Shown: positions 51,801 through 64,000 of the stretch, in pieces | Position numbering within the stretch: the first letter of the stretch is position 1 | How the letters are laid out: each line of letters starts with the position of its first letter | NCBI GenBank assembly: GCA_964035545.1 | Contig: OZ037768.1 | Coordinates: 10,944,741 to 11,008,740, forward strand | From: Bugula neritina | Lineage: Eukaryota > Animalia > Bryozoa | Direction: 5' to 3' | DNA: 64,000 nt | The notes under the pieces: model-generated | Seen by the model: only the letters and a program-made list of their open reading frames with translations | Told to the model about the DNA's origin: nothing | Database searches by the model: none | Translations under genes and position numbers: made by a program

Positions 51801-54800
51801 TTGCTAATATTTGATAACATTTAATTGACTTTACCGAAGTCATTGAATAAATTTATTCAGTACATGGAGAGCAGCAGATTCAACTCGGTTATACCTTTGG
51901 ATTCTCAGTAGCCAGGTTTCCTACACTGACATCACCAAGTAGCTTGAGGTTGACGTACCACAGAGATACCCAGATCTTAGACTCCTTGAGATATTCTCTT
52001 TTCACAATAGGATCACACCACAGGGTGTTACCAAGGCTGGAGCAGGACAAACGAGTTAGAAAATTAAAGTACGAAGAAAAGGTGTGCACCAAGATTATTG
52101 AACGTATAACGACTGCATTGCTCTTGCTATTATTTATGTTCGCTGATGTCAGACCAATCTTAAAGTTGAAAAATTTTAAACTTGCAAGTCTTTAAAATTT
52201 AAAAAAGATTGACGCGCAAAGAAAATATATAAAAACAGGCTACACTATGACATTTTTCAAACATAATTTATAATATTACGACAAGTTTTTAAAACAATGA
52301 AACTTAAAAAATATATGCTCATTACACACAGTTTTGTAATGACCAAGTTTAAAAAAAATCGGTATGTTTAAAACACATATCATATGTTTGTAAAAAACCA
52401 CCAACAGTGTCGCCTAAACTATAAAAATTAGTTAAATCTCAATTCTATAATTTGCTAGTAAAAACAACTGTTTTTACCATCAAAGTATAAGCAAATGTCA
52501 TACGAAAAATAAGTGTGCCAATATACGGTTTGATGTCGAACTATCGTATTGTATAAATATGATGTTAAATTGCATACAGCAATATGTTAAATAACAATGG
52601 GAGTAACATGAGCACTGCATCTTACACTTACCAGAGTCGTATTTTCCCACACACTATTTCGTTAAGAAGGAGCTGGGATATGTAGGTTGTGACTTCACTA
52701 GACCACTCAATATCATGATCCATAGGCTTCAGTTTACAGGCTACAATCTGTAAGAACAACGACTATTATGTAAAACAGCCAACTGACCGACTCTAACGAC
52801 ATTCAACTTCAAATCTAAAGCATTACATAAATATAATACAACAGGTCTTATGTTATTCAGCATATTAGCTGGTCATGCGACTAAACTGACTGAGAACTAC
52901 AAACAAATAATCAAATTTCTTCCTGGTTTTCAAAAAACACGAAACAATAAATGAGTTTTCATTGATATTAACAAATAACCGTTGGAATATCTAAAACCAC
53001 ATATGGCAGTCTATCGTATATGAATACCTCAACCAATTCAGGAGGAAATGACTCCAAACTGCATTCAGAAGGTAACTCATACAGATCTGAAGCCTTTACA
53101 TTAAGAATGCGACACTCATCTAGGAGATGCACCCGGGCCGTAGAAGGGAACAGTGAACTGGAGTTAGACAACACATGAACAACTCTGGCTCTAAAAATAC
53201 ACAACGTAAATTATAAATAGGCATACGAGAAACATTCTCTTTTTATTACTTTACTAATAAAGTAAACAGATATTTCGGGCACCACTGAGTCCATCTTCAG
53301 AGTAACAATGAAGATATAACATAAATTATATCCCACATTACAAATAATATGTTTCTAGACGCGAATAAAATGCCACAGTATGTTAATAACAAGTGGATGA
53401 AGAGTAAGAATTTTACGAGCAGTGAATAAGGAAGTGACATCATCATCTATATCTTAGACATGTTCAACTTTCATACATCATCAACCAACCAATCAGTTCA
53501 AAATAGTGAATCGCCTGCTTTTCATGAATCAAACCGAGTCTCACCATAGGCAGTTCTAAGCAACTAATCCGTCTTAAAAACAATAAAGATTACAAAACAT
53601 TACCAACTTGAATGTGTAAGTCTGTGAGTATATCAAGTACCTGCAGTATACACCAGCCTTTCCGTAAACACAGAGCCTATCTGGCTCAATAGTTGCCGGG
53701 TCTATTGGAATCTTGGCATAAGCCTGAGAGAAATACGTCTGCAGACTGAGATCCAAATTAAATTTGTTACTTGGTACTTGACGGAGCACGCCATCTACTC
53801 CCCTGTGTCTTATTAACCGGGCATAGTAAGTAATGGCATTTTTGACATAGACAACCTTGAACTATAACATATCAAACATAAGTTAGCTTGGCACAGGTCA
53901 GTTATATACATCAGATAATGAGTAACTAAACTACACTCTTCATACCAGATGTGCCAACAAATGAAGAGCACGTATTTACTATCTACTGCACCTAAATGGT
54001 ATTTACGAGGTAGGTACAGTAAATGGAGAAATTGAGAAAAGCCTGTGTTCTAGATTAGAAATGCAGCATAAGAAGTTATGTTCCTGCGATAATTTCAACC
54101 CGCGTTCCAAACCAAAATTTAATAATAAAATCAAAGAACTTAGGTTATCCTAATTTCTCCACTACTGCTCCTAAATAGTGTTTACTTCTCTTAGCTAAAG
54201 TAAATGGCTGGATTGAGAGAGGAACATAATTGACTTATATTTATAATGCATAGCTACAGGAAAACATTGCCGCCACACATCACAAGTCTCTCTAAAACCC
54301 TTCGACTAATCCGTTACTACATTTGCACACATATGTAAGCAAGGAGCAGAAGCAGTGGTTGAACACCTCAACATCTCCGCTCGTCGGTATTAGCTTGCTG
54401 GGCGTGTCCAGATGTGCTGAGATGAGGTGTCTGGCTGTACACTTCAGCTGGTCTCTGCAGACACCATATGACTTCATGAATGAACACAGGTCCTTCTTTT
54501 TCCCAGACTCATTCGTCTACAATAACTATACATTTTCCAGACGCATGTACACTGTATATGCGCATGTTTACTGGTCGTGAATGCACATTCTACATGTATC
54601 TGCAAGCGGATTCTAAACTTACAAATACGTTTCACATGGTGTAAAAATACAACTACATACCTATATATATCCTGTTGTGGTGTTATATACAATATATTTA
54701 CGTAAATAATACAGTATATATTGTGTATATGTTATGTGTAGATTGTGTATGCTCATATATCACACTTTTATATGTCTGGACATCCAGCAACATCCTGTGC

Positions 54801-57800
54801 AGGTATATATTCTGTAATCATTTTCATCCATAGCAAATTTCAAATACTTGGCTATATGAATACCATTCACCATTTATCAGATATTTCCATTACACTAAGA
54901 GTTAATACAATTTATACAGCTATAAAAAACCCATCCAATGAAACTGGAGGTTCGAGAGACTAATGTGAGATGTTATATTAGAAAGAGAACATTAAACCAC
55001 CAGTCAATTACCTCAATAGCCGTAACAGAGAGCTGCTTCACTGGAGAGGGCACATGGCTAGAGGCTTTCTCCAATAGCCTGACCACTGTGGTAGCAGCTG
55101 GGAGATCGGCAGATGAGAATATGATGTGAGAAGACAGCATCAGTTGTTCAGCATCCTAGAAACACTTGTGCACAGAATTACCATGCAGGTAACTGGGAAA
55201 ATTTAATAGCCTAAATTCTTTAATTTTATTTATGAATTTTTGTTTGAACATGTTTTGCTAGAATATAAACTTTTTGTTATTTTTCTCTTTTGGAGTACTG
55301 GCGTTTCTCTATTTCTCTATTAATGCATTTACCTCAAAGTTATGAAACATGCGCTTTGCCTTTTAGTTTATTTGGTGGGAAATCATACTTTGATCATAGG
55401 CAATTGATATAAATAAAATTAAAAAAGTATTTTTAAAATAATATATCAAGCAGTGCACCGTAAGACACAGTAAAGCACACCAGAGCACAGTAAAGTTGGT
55501 GCAGGGAAAATAGCTTTGTTCTCTCACTAAGCAGTACAAAAGCAATTGGGAGTCACGGGCTTTCAAATAACACAGGTAGTAATTATAAATAACTTGGGAG
55601 TTGTCGGTACTGTACATCACAATTTTACATTTATATAGAATAATTTACTGCAAGGTGTTAGCAAACTCCTAGTATTTAAGATGTTAGTTTAAATTACTAT
55701 CCTTCAAAAACAAGGTGTGCAAAGTCAAATAGTTTTCGAAAAGAAACTTCTAGAGTGCTAGTAATCACATAGCAATAATCAGTTACCTTACTCTTTTCTG
55801 CTGCAACATGTATACACATGTGTATGCATCCCAAGTAGCTACATATAATATGCATGTAAGAGTCAAGTAAACATTCTATATCCCATAACATTCTCAAAAC
55901 ATTTACCAACCACAAATTATACTTCCAAATCCATTTATGTATATTATAAAACAATTTGGTACCATCCACTAAATTTATAACTCATGAGAAATTCAACTTG
56001 TGATGAAAAGTACATTATTAGGTCAGCAAACACTTGAGGGTTTTCATATCACTGTAATGCTGCCAACACTTGTGAGATTAGGAGGTTGGAAAAGGACTAG
56101 AAAGTTACCTTGGCATAATTAGATGAGAGGCAATGTAGCCGTAGACCCAGCAACTTCTTAGTCGCAGGCATATTGAAGTGTAGAACATACTGGGCATTCG
56201 TCACAGGATTGTCTAACCAGGAGAATAAACAAGGAGTCAAGTAATTAGTGATTCTCAGCGATCAAAAATCTTTTACCAACTTTATTATAAAAATGCAACA
56301 GTTAAAAGTTTTCAAAGCACTTGGAGTAATACACAATTGGGTCGTTCTACTACAGTATGAAGAAACTATAACTCTATAATCAAATCTCCACCCCTGTGAG
56401 AACCCCTTGATGATAAAGGTTTTAAATAGGCTAAGACCTGTGCCTTTCACTACACTGGTAACGTGGTTTGAGCACTTTCAGTAGCATAGGAGCAACTATG
56501 CCCTCTCTGACATAATCAAAGAACCTGCTGGTGTATGACTTAAGACCAATAATTTAACTAATCAACATCGAACCCTGATTTTATTCATTGACCAGATTTT
56601 CATATCAAAATACGAGCCTTCAAAAATTAAGAGAAGATGTTGCATCATCAATTGCCTTTGTGTTTCTATAAGTAGAGTAGATATATGATATTTAATAATT
56701 CCCTAGTCAAACAAATTATGACAATAGCTAGATAGTTATTTCATTTTAAAGAATTAGCAATTGTGGAGTTATCTTTCCACTACAAACTTGAATCGTGAAA
56801 TCATATAAAATCTATTACAGCAAAAAATAACAAATAGCAAACGAGTTTTTAAACTGAATAATTCATTGTAGAATGAACAGACCTTCTGAGATGAGTAACT
56901 TCAGGACCTCATCTGTCACAACAAGTATAGGGTAGGAGTTTTCTGACCGGACTTGTGTCCAAAGCTCTAACATTCTGTCCAAATCTCCCATACTCTTCAG
57001 AGCAACGTATACTTCCCGGCTATACGCATGTAACGCCTTTAAAAACATACGAGTAACACAGTGCACACCTGCTATCAGAGTTTATGCACTATGCAGAAGT
57101 ATTTTTCTCTTTATAAGATCACTGTAGACGTCAATTTTTTTAACAATACAGGAACATATGGAAAAACCAAGTGTTCTTACATGAAATATGCTCAAGAAAA
57201 ATAATGAAATAAAATATTTCTGAAAGACAACGTTAGGTCAAGTTAAGTTAGCAACTGTCTTTAGAGACTCTTAACTAGCTCAGATGCATAAAGTATGCAG
57301 ACTACATGATATCACTGTTTTATTTAGTACTCTTGAAAAATGCACCAAAACAGCTCAAAACTTGCTTTAATGGTAAATTATAGAAATTTTGTAAAGTTCA
57401 ATATTTTTATTGAAAAAACACACTAATTCCGTCTACAAAAACATTTCAGCATTATTTTAGAAAGCTTTGAAATTTATTCAGAAGTGAACAATAAATATAA
57501 CTAGTCCGCAACTCAATGAGTAATCCAAATGAAGAGACTACAGCTATGCATACCTGATACACTATTTTAGCATCTGACTCCAAGTGAGTGCAGATGACGA
57601 GCCTTATACCCGGAGACCCGCTCTCTTCTACCAATCTCAACATGGTACCTAGTCTTTGATTCTCATTGTCTATATAATGAACCAACTAAAAAGAAAATAA
57701 GAATTAAAATTGTAAAAGCAGTTTAGAACATAATATTAGAGCATAATTTTCCACACAAAAAACAGCATTAGTCAAGAATAACAAAATGATTACCTGTTTA

Positions 57801-60800
57801 ACATTGCTCGCTAACGAGGCTTCAATCTTACTGGTGATAACAGTAGCTGCGTCAGTCATGAACTCATCCCTGAACACACCAATCAGAGGAGACCAGGAAG
57901 TGGCGAATAGCATGAGTTGCCTCGGAGCAGCTCTCGCCACATTCTCACTGATGGCTGTGGCTACAGCTTTCATGGTAGCAGAGAGCTACAACAGAGAGCT
58001 TACGGATACTAAAAGGTTTCAACACAATATTGGCTAATCAAAGTCCTGTTACATGTGAAGCAGCCTACATAAAGTGCTTATCAAACCTGTTGAGGAAACT
58101 CTTTGGTAATAATGTCCGCGTCATCAATAACAAGGTGGCAAAGTCTTCTTACGTTGGTGTAGTTCTTGTCTAACATTCGAAGGAATGTAGATGGTGTAGA
58201 AATAATCATATCGGTCCCATTCATTAATGATACCTGCACAATAAACATACACCACACATTTACACATATACCCCAGTCTATATTTATAGTTCGTATGTGT
58301 AAATGTGTTAGTAGCACTTCTATCCTTCTCCTCCCCTCCATTGCAAACTTTAACACAAGTTTCAGCAGTATATATTAAAATTACATTTTAATTGTAAAGT
58401 AGAAGCTACATGTATATATTTTTAGACCCATTAAATAATTATTGAAGTATAACATAGTTTATGTAATTGTTGTGAACTCAAATCTAGTCACAATAAAAAT
58501 AGCGCTTATGAGTGAAATGCTAATTTTTCAGCTTGAGTGTTTTAGTTATTGTTAAAGAGTACCACCTGATTTAAAGTCTGGCAACTTCTCATGCCATAAT
58601 TACTTGCTAAATACCATAATTTCAAGTGCACTTCTGTATTAGATTCTCATGTTGACAATAATGTCTTATTTCAGTTTGTATCAGAGTATATCCTGCAGTT
58701 TAATCTCAAGCAGAATTTAGTTATAGAATGTAAAGTAGAGTAAAATAGCTGCATGACTCACACATAAATTAGACTCAGTCTCTCTACGACCATGCAACAC
58801 CAATAGGCAGTCCTCGTCTCTCTGTCCCATAATGTTGGAGGCATGAAAGAAGATCTGTTCAGCTTTTGACCAGGAAGCACAGAGAATGAGACAGCGAGGC
58901 TGCAAGGTACAATGTCAGTAGATACTATAGCAAAGATGTGAAACTTTTTATGGGGAAACCTGAAAATTACAAGCTTCCAAAATAGTGATGATTCTGAATT
59001 TTAAACTTGGAACAGACAAAACTTTTAGTTCACTTTCAGAATGTCTAGTAATTAAATTCAATAAAGCAAAAAACCATGATTGGAATGTGGAAGCCTATGT
59101 ACCCAATAGTTTGAAAGAAGTCATTAATATTTTGTTATATACTAATTTACCAGCACACTCTCATCCTAAGAAACGTACAAAATCAATATTCATCACATTT
59201 GAAGTTGGAAGTAGAATCATCAACCAAACACATTCTTAAATAAGAAATAAATATTTAAAATAAGATGCAAATTGATGTTCTCGCAACTCCCCCCAACAGC
59301 AGTTAGGCTGGGCCTTGAGGTAGGAAAACAGATAAACAATGCTATGCGATAGCTTATTAAACACGCTATATATAAATATTATTACAAATACTATATGACA
59401 GTGTACCCCATTTCCATCTGGGAGATGCTTGTAGTTATCTTTGTCGAGTAAAAGTGTGGCTAAAGCCATGAGATAAGTCAATGACACTCCATCTCTACCC
59501 TCCATGTAAAATGAATCAGTGACAGCGACCAGCTCCCTGCCCCTCCTTAGTATGGGCCAACAGAATGCCTGCATTGCTGGTAAGGGGCAGTTGTCAGCTC
59601 CCCCTAGTGTTTTCCAATGCTACAAAGTTCAAGCTTATTGCAAAATAAAGTTTACCAAAACAGGAGTAAAAGCAAAAGGTAAGTTTGGAAATTGAGTACA
59701 TTAAAATGATTGATGACTGCAAAAATAGAGGCAGAGTTTACATAATCTTGGAATAATTATTTTTAGCTAGCAATATGATAGTGTAGTGTTACTTTAATGA
59801 AGGGTGAGGCAGTTGATTTTACTATTAGGCTACAGCCTACTTAGTTTACATTTGAATTGGCTTTGTAAACCAAAACAAGATAACACATTTGTTATAAGTA
59901 TTGTCAGCTATGCTACTATAAGCATTGTTGACTGCAAGTCACATGATCAACATGTGACAAATCAGGTGACAGGAAATGGGCTAAATACAATCACTTTAGT
60001 TTTCACAGTTGAATTCAAACTTGCATTGTAGACTACACAGCAGAGATTATGTCTGCAACTTTACACATTGGAGTAGAAGGAGGGGGCTCTTGCAGTAAAG
60101 GAATACTGTTAGATGGTGAAGGGAACATTCTAGCTACAGGAGAAACAGGCTGTACAAATCATTGGGATATAGGACTAGATGTGGTGGGCAACAGGATTGT
60201 AGATTTGATAGAGGATATGTTGGCTCAGGCTGGCTGTAAGGGCAGAGTGGTGGACTCTGTGGGCCTCTCTCTAAGCGGTATGGATACTCCACAGAACACT
60301 ATTGATATGGCCAACACTCTGCATCAGATGAGGCCAAATCTCATCACAGGAAACAAGAAAGCCAAAGCTTACAATGATTCAATTTCGGCTTTAGAAACTG
60401 CTACTAGCCAAGGAGGTAATCAATATTAATATACTTCACTTTCTTTTGTGATACATTGAATTTGTGTTGCATACTAAATTCGTGAATACTTTGATATTAA
60501 TTGGAGGTTAAAGATGCAGCAAAATACTACTGCTTGGTTAATGATAGCAAAATCATTATCATTAAGAGTATCTCTGCTCATAGTGATAGTTAGTCAATTG
60601 CAACTTCCAAATCACACACAGTCACACTTTACATCAACTCTAAGCAAGTATTGGTAAAATGGTTTTATAAGCAGCTCTATGTTGCGGGTGAAGGACGATT
60701 TTAATTCTGGAGAAGGGGGTGTTTGAGGTTTGGAGCTATGTCCCAACTCAAAACTCGAGACCCCCAAACTACTGCACCAGACCTAGACCAGATATTCTAT

Positions 60801-63280
60801 GCTCATATTTAGCCTCAGTTTTGGAAAAGAAACTTCAGCTCTTCTAAAATGCACATTCACTGTTCATAAAACTAGAACGTTCTAAAAAGATATCAACTAA
60901 ATCGTTTTAGGTATAGTTTAGACAAAGTAAAAAAGATGGCACCCCAAGATTATATAATTTAGTTCAACAGTCAAAGCCTATTTCTTTGCTGTTACTGTTT
61001 TCACTATTAATTCATTAGCCATACTTTTTAGTAGTAATAACATGAAGTAGGTGCAGTAATGAAAATTTGAAACCAGAGACAAATATTATAGTTACGTTCT
61101 CAAAGTGAGTTTCAATCCGAAAACACAGCAAAATTCAAAAGCGCAATTGAAGAACTCAGGTAATTGAAATTTCTGTTACTGCATCTAAATGTACCCATGT
61201 TCATGAGTTATTGAATTTTTTCAGGTGCTGTAGTAATAAGCGGCACAGGATCAAACTGCAGGTTAGTGGAACCGAATGATGGAAATTATTACAACTGCGG
61301 AGGCTGGGGTCACATGATTGGAGATGAGGGAAGCGGCTATTGGATAGCCTGGACTGCTCTCAAAACTCTCATTGATCACGATGATGGCTTCAGTAAATGT
61401 GAACACAGCTTAGATTATGTTAGACAGAGTATGAAGGAATACTTCGAGGTGTCCACAAATTTAGACATGTTGACTCATTTATATACTAAATTCGCAAAGC
61501 ACGCCATTGCCAAGTTTACTATTAAATTAGTCGAGGGGGCTGATAAGGGAGATGCTCTGTGTTTGGATGTATTCAGACAAGCAGGTCATGCGTTAGCCAA
61601 GCATATTATTGCAGTCTGTAAGAAAAGTAGTCCCGAGAAATTTCCAGCTGGACTGACCGTAGTCTGCGTCGGATCCGTGTGGAAAAGTTATAAATACTTA
61701 AAAGATTCGTTTGAGAGCACCCTCCAATCAGTAGTCAAAGATTTTAATGGGGTGACACTAAAACAATTGAGAAAAAATGGAGCAATTGGAGCAGCTATAG
61801 TAGGAGCCCGAGATACTGGTTATAATGTACCGATAGGCTATGATGAACACACAGAGACAATGTCCATCCTGGCGTGACATTAGGCTTCTAAATGTACCGG
61901 TTTTTACATAGATAGTAGATCCTTAGAAATCAAATTCAGAAACTATCAACTGATAGAAACAGGCGAACAGAAATTCAATCTTCAATACAATGCAGCGAAC
62001 AGCTTGACAATTGACCTAAGTTTAAACATATGCTACATGAACAAAATGTTACAAAATCTTTCCAAATTTATTAAAATATACAAGCACAATATTATTATAA
62101 ACATTTAAATTCTCCATCTTTTTAGTTTCTAATTAATAAACATGCAGCATTTATCCCTGATAAACACATTATTTTGCAGTATTTGACTTGTTAACACAAA
62201 CAGTATTTAAAGTTTATAGCCTTGATATATAATGGCAAACTAGATGGCATAAGAATCCCCTCCTGTAAAGTGGAACCTACAGCTAAACTCTAATAGCTCA
62301 TTCACCAACAACTTGCAGAAGTTAATGGTGCACCATGCTATTCAATATTCAAACATCTTAATGAGGCATTAGCTGAACATTGTGAGTGTGATAATTTATA
62401 TTAAAATAATGTTATTAGAGTGAGTCATAATTCAAGATGATAGCATATTTTTATTGGCTACTAAAAATAGGTTATTTTAATTTTTTTCCTATTCAATATT
62501 TCAGTAAGCAGTTACCTCAAATCTTAATATCTACATCAGGGTAGTTTTATAGATATTTTTCACGAAGTATGTTAAAACAGTGTTTTAAACTTTAAACAAT
62601 CCTAGTCATTAATATGTGTACCACAGCAGCTAATGAAGCAAAAGTTAGGAGCAATTAGTAATTAGTTCTTTAATACTGCAGACAAATTTGATAATTAATT
62701 GGAAAACATGTGTGCACAAAATGTATTATAAAACTAATATGCTGGGGCCCACCACCATGAAATTCTATCTAGCTAATAGCTAAGATATTTCTGGATATTT
62801 TAATACTGCATAGAGATAACAGTTTTGCTTCAATCATATGACCACAAATGAGATAAAATTTTGACTGACCATGTTTTTCAATATTGATGAGCATTAAAAT
62901 TTATGAAGATTTTCCTCATAGTTGGTAGTCGCACTTTTAGTTGGTAGTCACAGCCTTAGTTGGTAGTCAGACTCTTAGTTCATAGCCAGACTCTTAGTTT
63001 GTAGTCAGACTCTTAGTTCGTAGTTAGACTCTTAGTTGGTAGTCACACTTTTAGTTGGTAGTCACACTTTTAGTTGGTAGTCACACTTTTAGTTGGTAGT
63101 CAGACTCTTAGTTCGTAGTCAGATCACAATAGAAAGTCAGACTACTTACCCGGAGGGCTCTTGCATGTAGCTTGGCATTTACCACACTGAAGACAGGCGT
63201 TACAGGTAAATCACTAAACAAGGTGATTTGTTTTTTCAGTGCATTTGCTTTCGATTGATCATAAGTTATGGCCTTCAGCT
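27811..63280 (-). CDS. TDRD12: TDRD12-like putative ATP-dependent RNA helicase / Tudor / CS-domain piRNA factor (5' part outside the window)
   Basis: Helicase exons: [20 protein letters not shown] (59408-59620), [32 protein letters not shown] and [10 protein letters not shown]. Extended Tudor exons at 51353-53870 and 39600-40858 ([36 protein letters not shown]). Helical repeat exons at 35860-38000. CS domain [35 protein letters not shown] (29659-30157). The acidic tail ends QYDFFNI* at 27811. Confidence 0.85.
32007..35710 (+). mobile_element. Non-autonomous ISL2EU/Harbinger-type DNA transposon with ~1.07-kb inverted arms and an AT target duplication
   Basis: 32007-33082 is the near-perfect reverse complement of ~34636-35710, with flanks AT|AGACC...GGTCT|AT. 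Internal remnants: THAP end [42 protein letters not shown] and [32 protein letters not shown] (DDE_Tnp_4 C-terminus). Confidence 0.85.
38416..38725. repeat. 35-bp minisatellite, about 9 copies
   Basis: Unit AATGAGTCATGTATAGTATAATGAGTAATATACAG. Confidence 0.95.
41488..41615. repeat. 22-bp minisatellite, about 6 copies
   Basis: Unit ATGCTACCTAATATGTACCTGC. Confidence 0.92.
42373..42523. repeat. (AATATAGC)n 8-bp tandem repeat
   Basis: Read directly. Confidence 0.97.
43037..43093 (+). ncRNA. Candidate minimal type I hammerhead ribozyme
   Basis: CATTC-CTGATGA-GTAGCTT(loop)AAGCTTAT-GAAA-CAAGT-TA-GAATG. It has both core boxes, a stem II and a 5-bp stem I; stem III is minimal or imperfect. Confidence 0.45.
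44674..50845 (+). CDS. TRIM2/TRIM3-like TRIM-NHL E3 ligase (RING, B-box, coiled coil, filamin, NHL), nested antisense in a TDRD12 intron
   Basis: [31 protein letters not shown]-box [24 protein letters not shown], coiled coil, filamin repeat [15 protein letters not shown] and NHL repeats ([10 protein letters not shown]; [25 protein letters not shown]). Ends [10 protein letters not shown]. Confidence 0.9.
54011..54173. mobile_element. MITE with TAGG(T/A)GCAGTA termini; relatives at ~47213-47305 and 61048-61187
   Basis: taggtacagtaaatggagaaattgag ... ctaatttctccactactgctccta. The internal segment is shared with 47213-47300. The copy at 61048 reads taggtgcagtaa...ttactgcatcta. Confidence 0.65.
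60049..61877 (+). CDS. NAGK: N-acetyl-D-glucosamine kinase, 2 exons, nested antisense in a TDRD12 intron
   Basis: Exons 60049-60415 and 61225-61877 (phase 1). Motifs [47 protein letters not shown] and VCVGSVWKS. Confidence 0.95.
62918..63121. repeat. 19-bp minisatellite, about 11 copies
   Basis: Unit TAGTTGGTAGTCACACTTT and variants. Confidence 0.95.
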
Positions 63281-64000
63281 GCATACAAAAGTAAGAACAC
63301 CGTGTCAAACAACTAGCAAAAAGAAAGATCTTAGGAAATCTATTAAAAACTATATTCTTGGAACAAAGTGACTAGTGTCTAGTTTTACCATTGATTCTTC
63401 ATTTTTATAAGTGCTATCTTCAGAAACATCATCTTCTTTCAGTCTGTAATAGGATGTTCAAAGTTAGTATGGGTATCAACAATGAGCACGTAATTAAAGT
63501 CAACTATGATGAAGAGTACAGTGCAATTGTGGTCCATAAGTGAAATTAGAAGCATTAAAACCACTCAAACATGTATAATCATATGTATATATGAGAGGAT
63601 GACTCCTGGTATCCGAGTGCAAAGCTGCTTAACACACAGAACCGATACTTATGAAAACCAATGAGATGGTAAAACTAGAAACAAATATGACAAATTAGCA
63701 TTTATTTACCTCTGTAGACATACTAATAAATGCATAACATAAAACTTAGTAACTTGTATTGAGAAATTGAAATGAAGAGAGCATCATTTAACATGAACTG
63801 TAAAATCTTAAAATGAAGCAAAAGCTATGAAAAGTGGAAAAAATATCATATTTGCCTCCAGTAGGTTTTACATATTATTTAGGTCTAAACTAAAAACTTT
63901 GGATAGAAATCCTAAAATGACATCTCATTGTAGACATGACCCAAAATTCAGAGAAAGCTACACTGCAGAACTGGAGCTATATATATACATTATTTATTTT

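Overview
AT-rich, intron-rich eukaryotic DNA, probably from an invertebrate animal (species not determinable from sequence). From left to right: (1) degenerate protein-tyrosine-phosphatase (PTP) domain exons on the minus strand (1-1750). (2) A minus-strand gene (13524->3376) for a single-pass receptor with a signal peptide, two tandem class-C-GPCR-like Venus flytrap (VFT) modules, one TM helix and a Tyr-motif tail, but no 7TM domain. (3) Two divergent lineage-specific genes. (4) A secreted N-formylglutamate-amidohydrolase-like Zn hydrolase. (5) The 3' part of a large TDRD12-like piRNA-pathway gene (degenerate DEAD helicase, Tudor domains, ARM-like helices, CS domain; minus strand, from beyond 63280 to 27811). 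Its introns host an antisense TRIM-NHL gene, an antisense NAGK gene, a 3.7-kb rearranged ISL2EU/Harbinger transposon with 1.07-kb inverted arms, a hammerhead-ribozyme-like motif and minisatellites. Exon models were spliced by hand from GT-AG sites and codon phase. No database searches were run.
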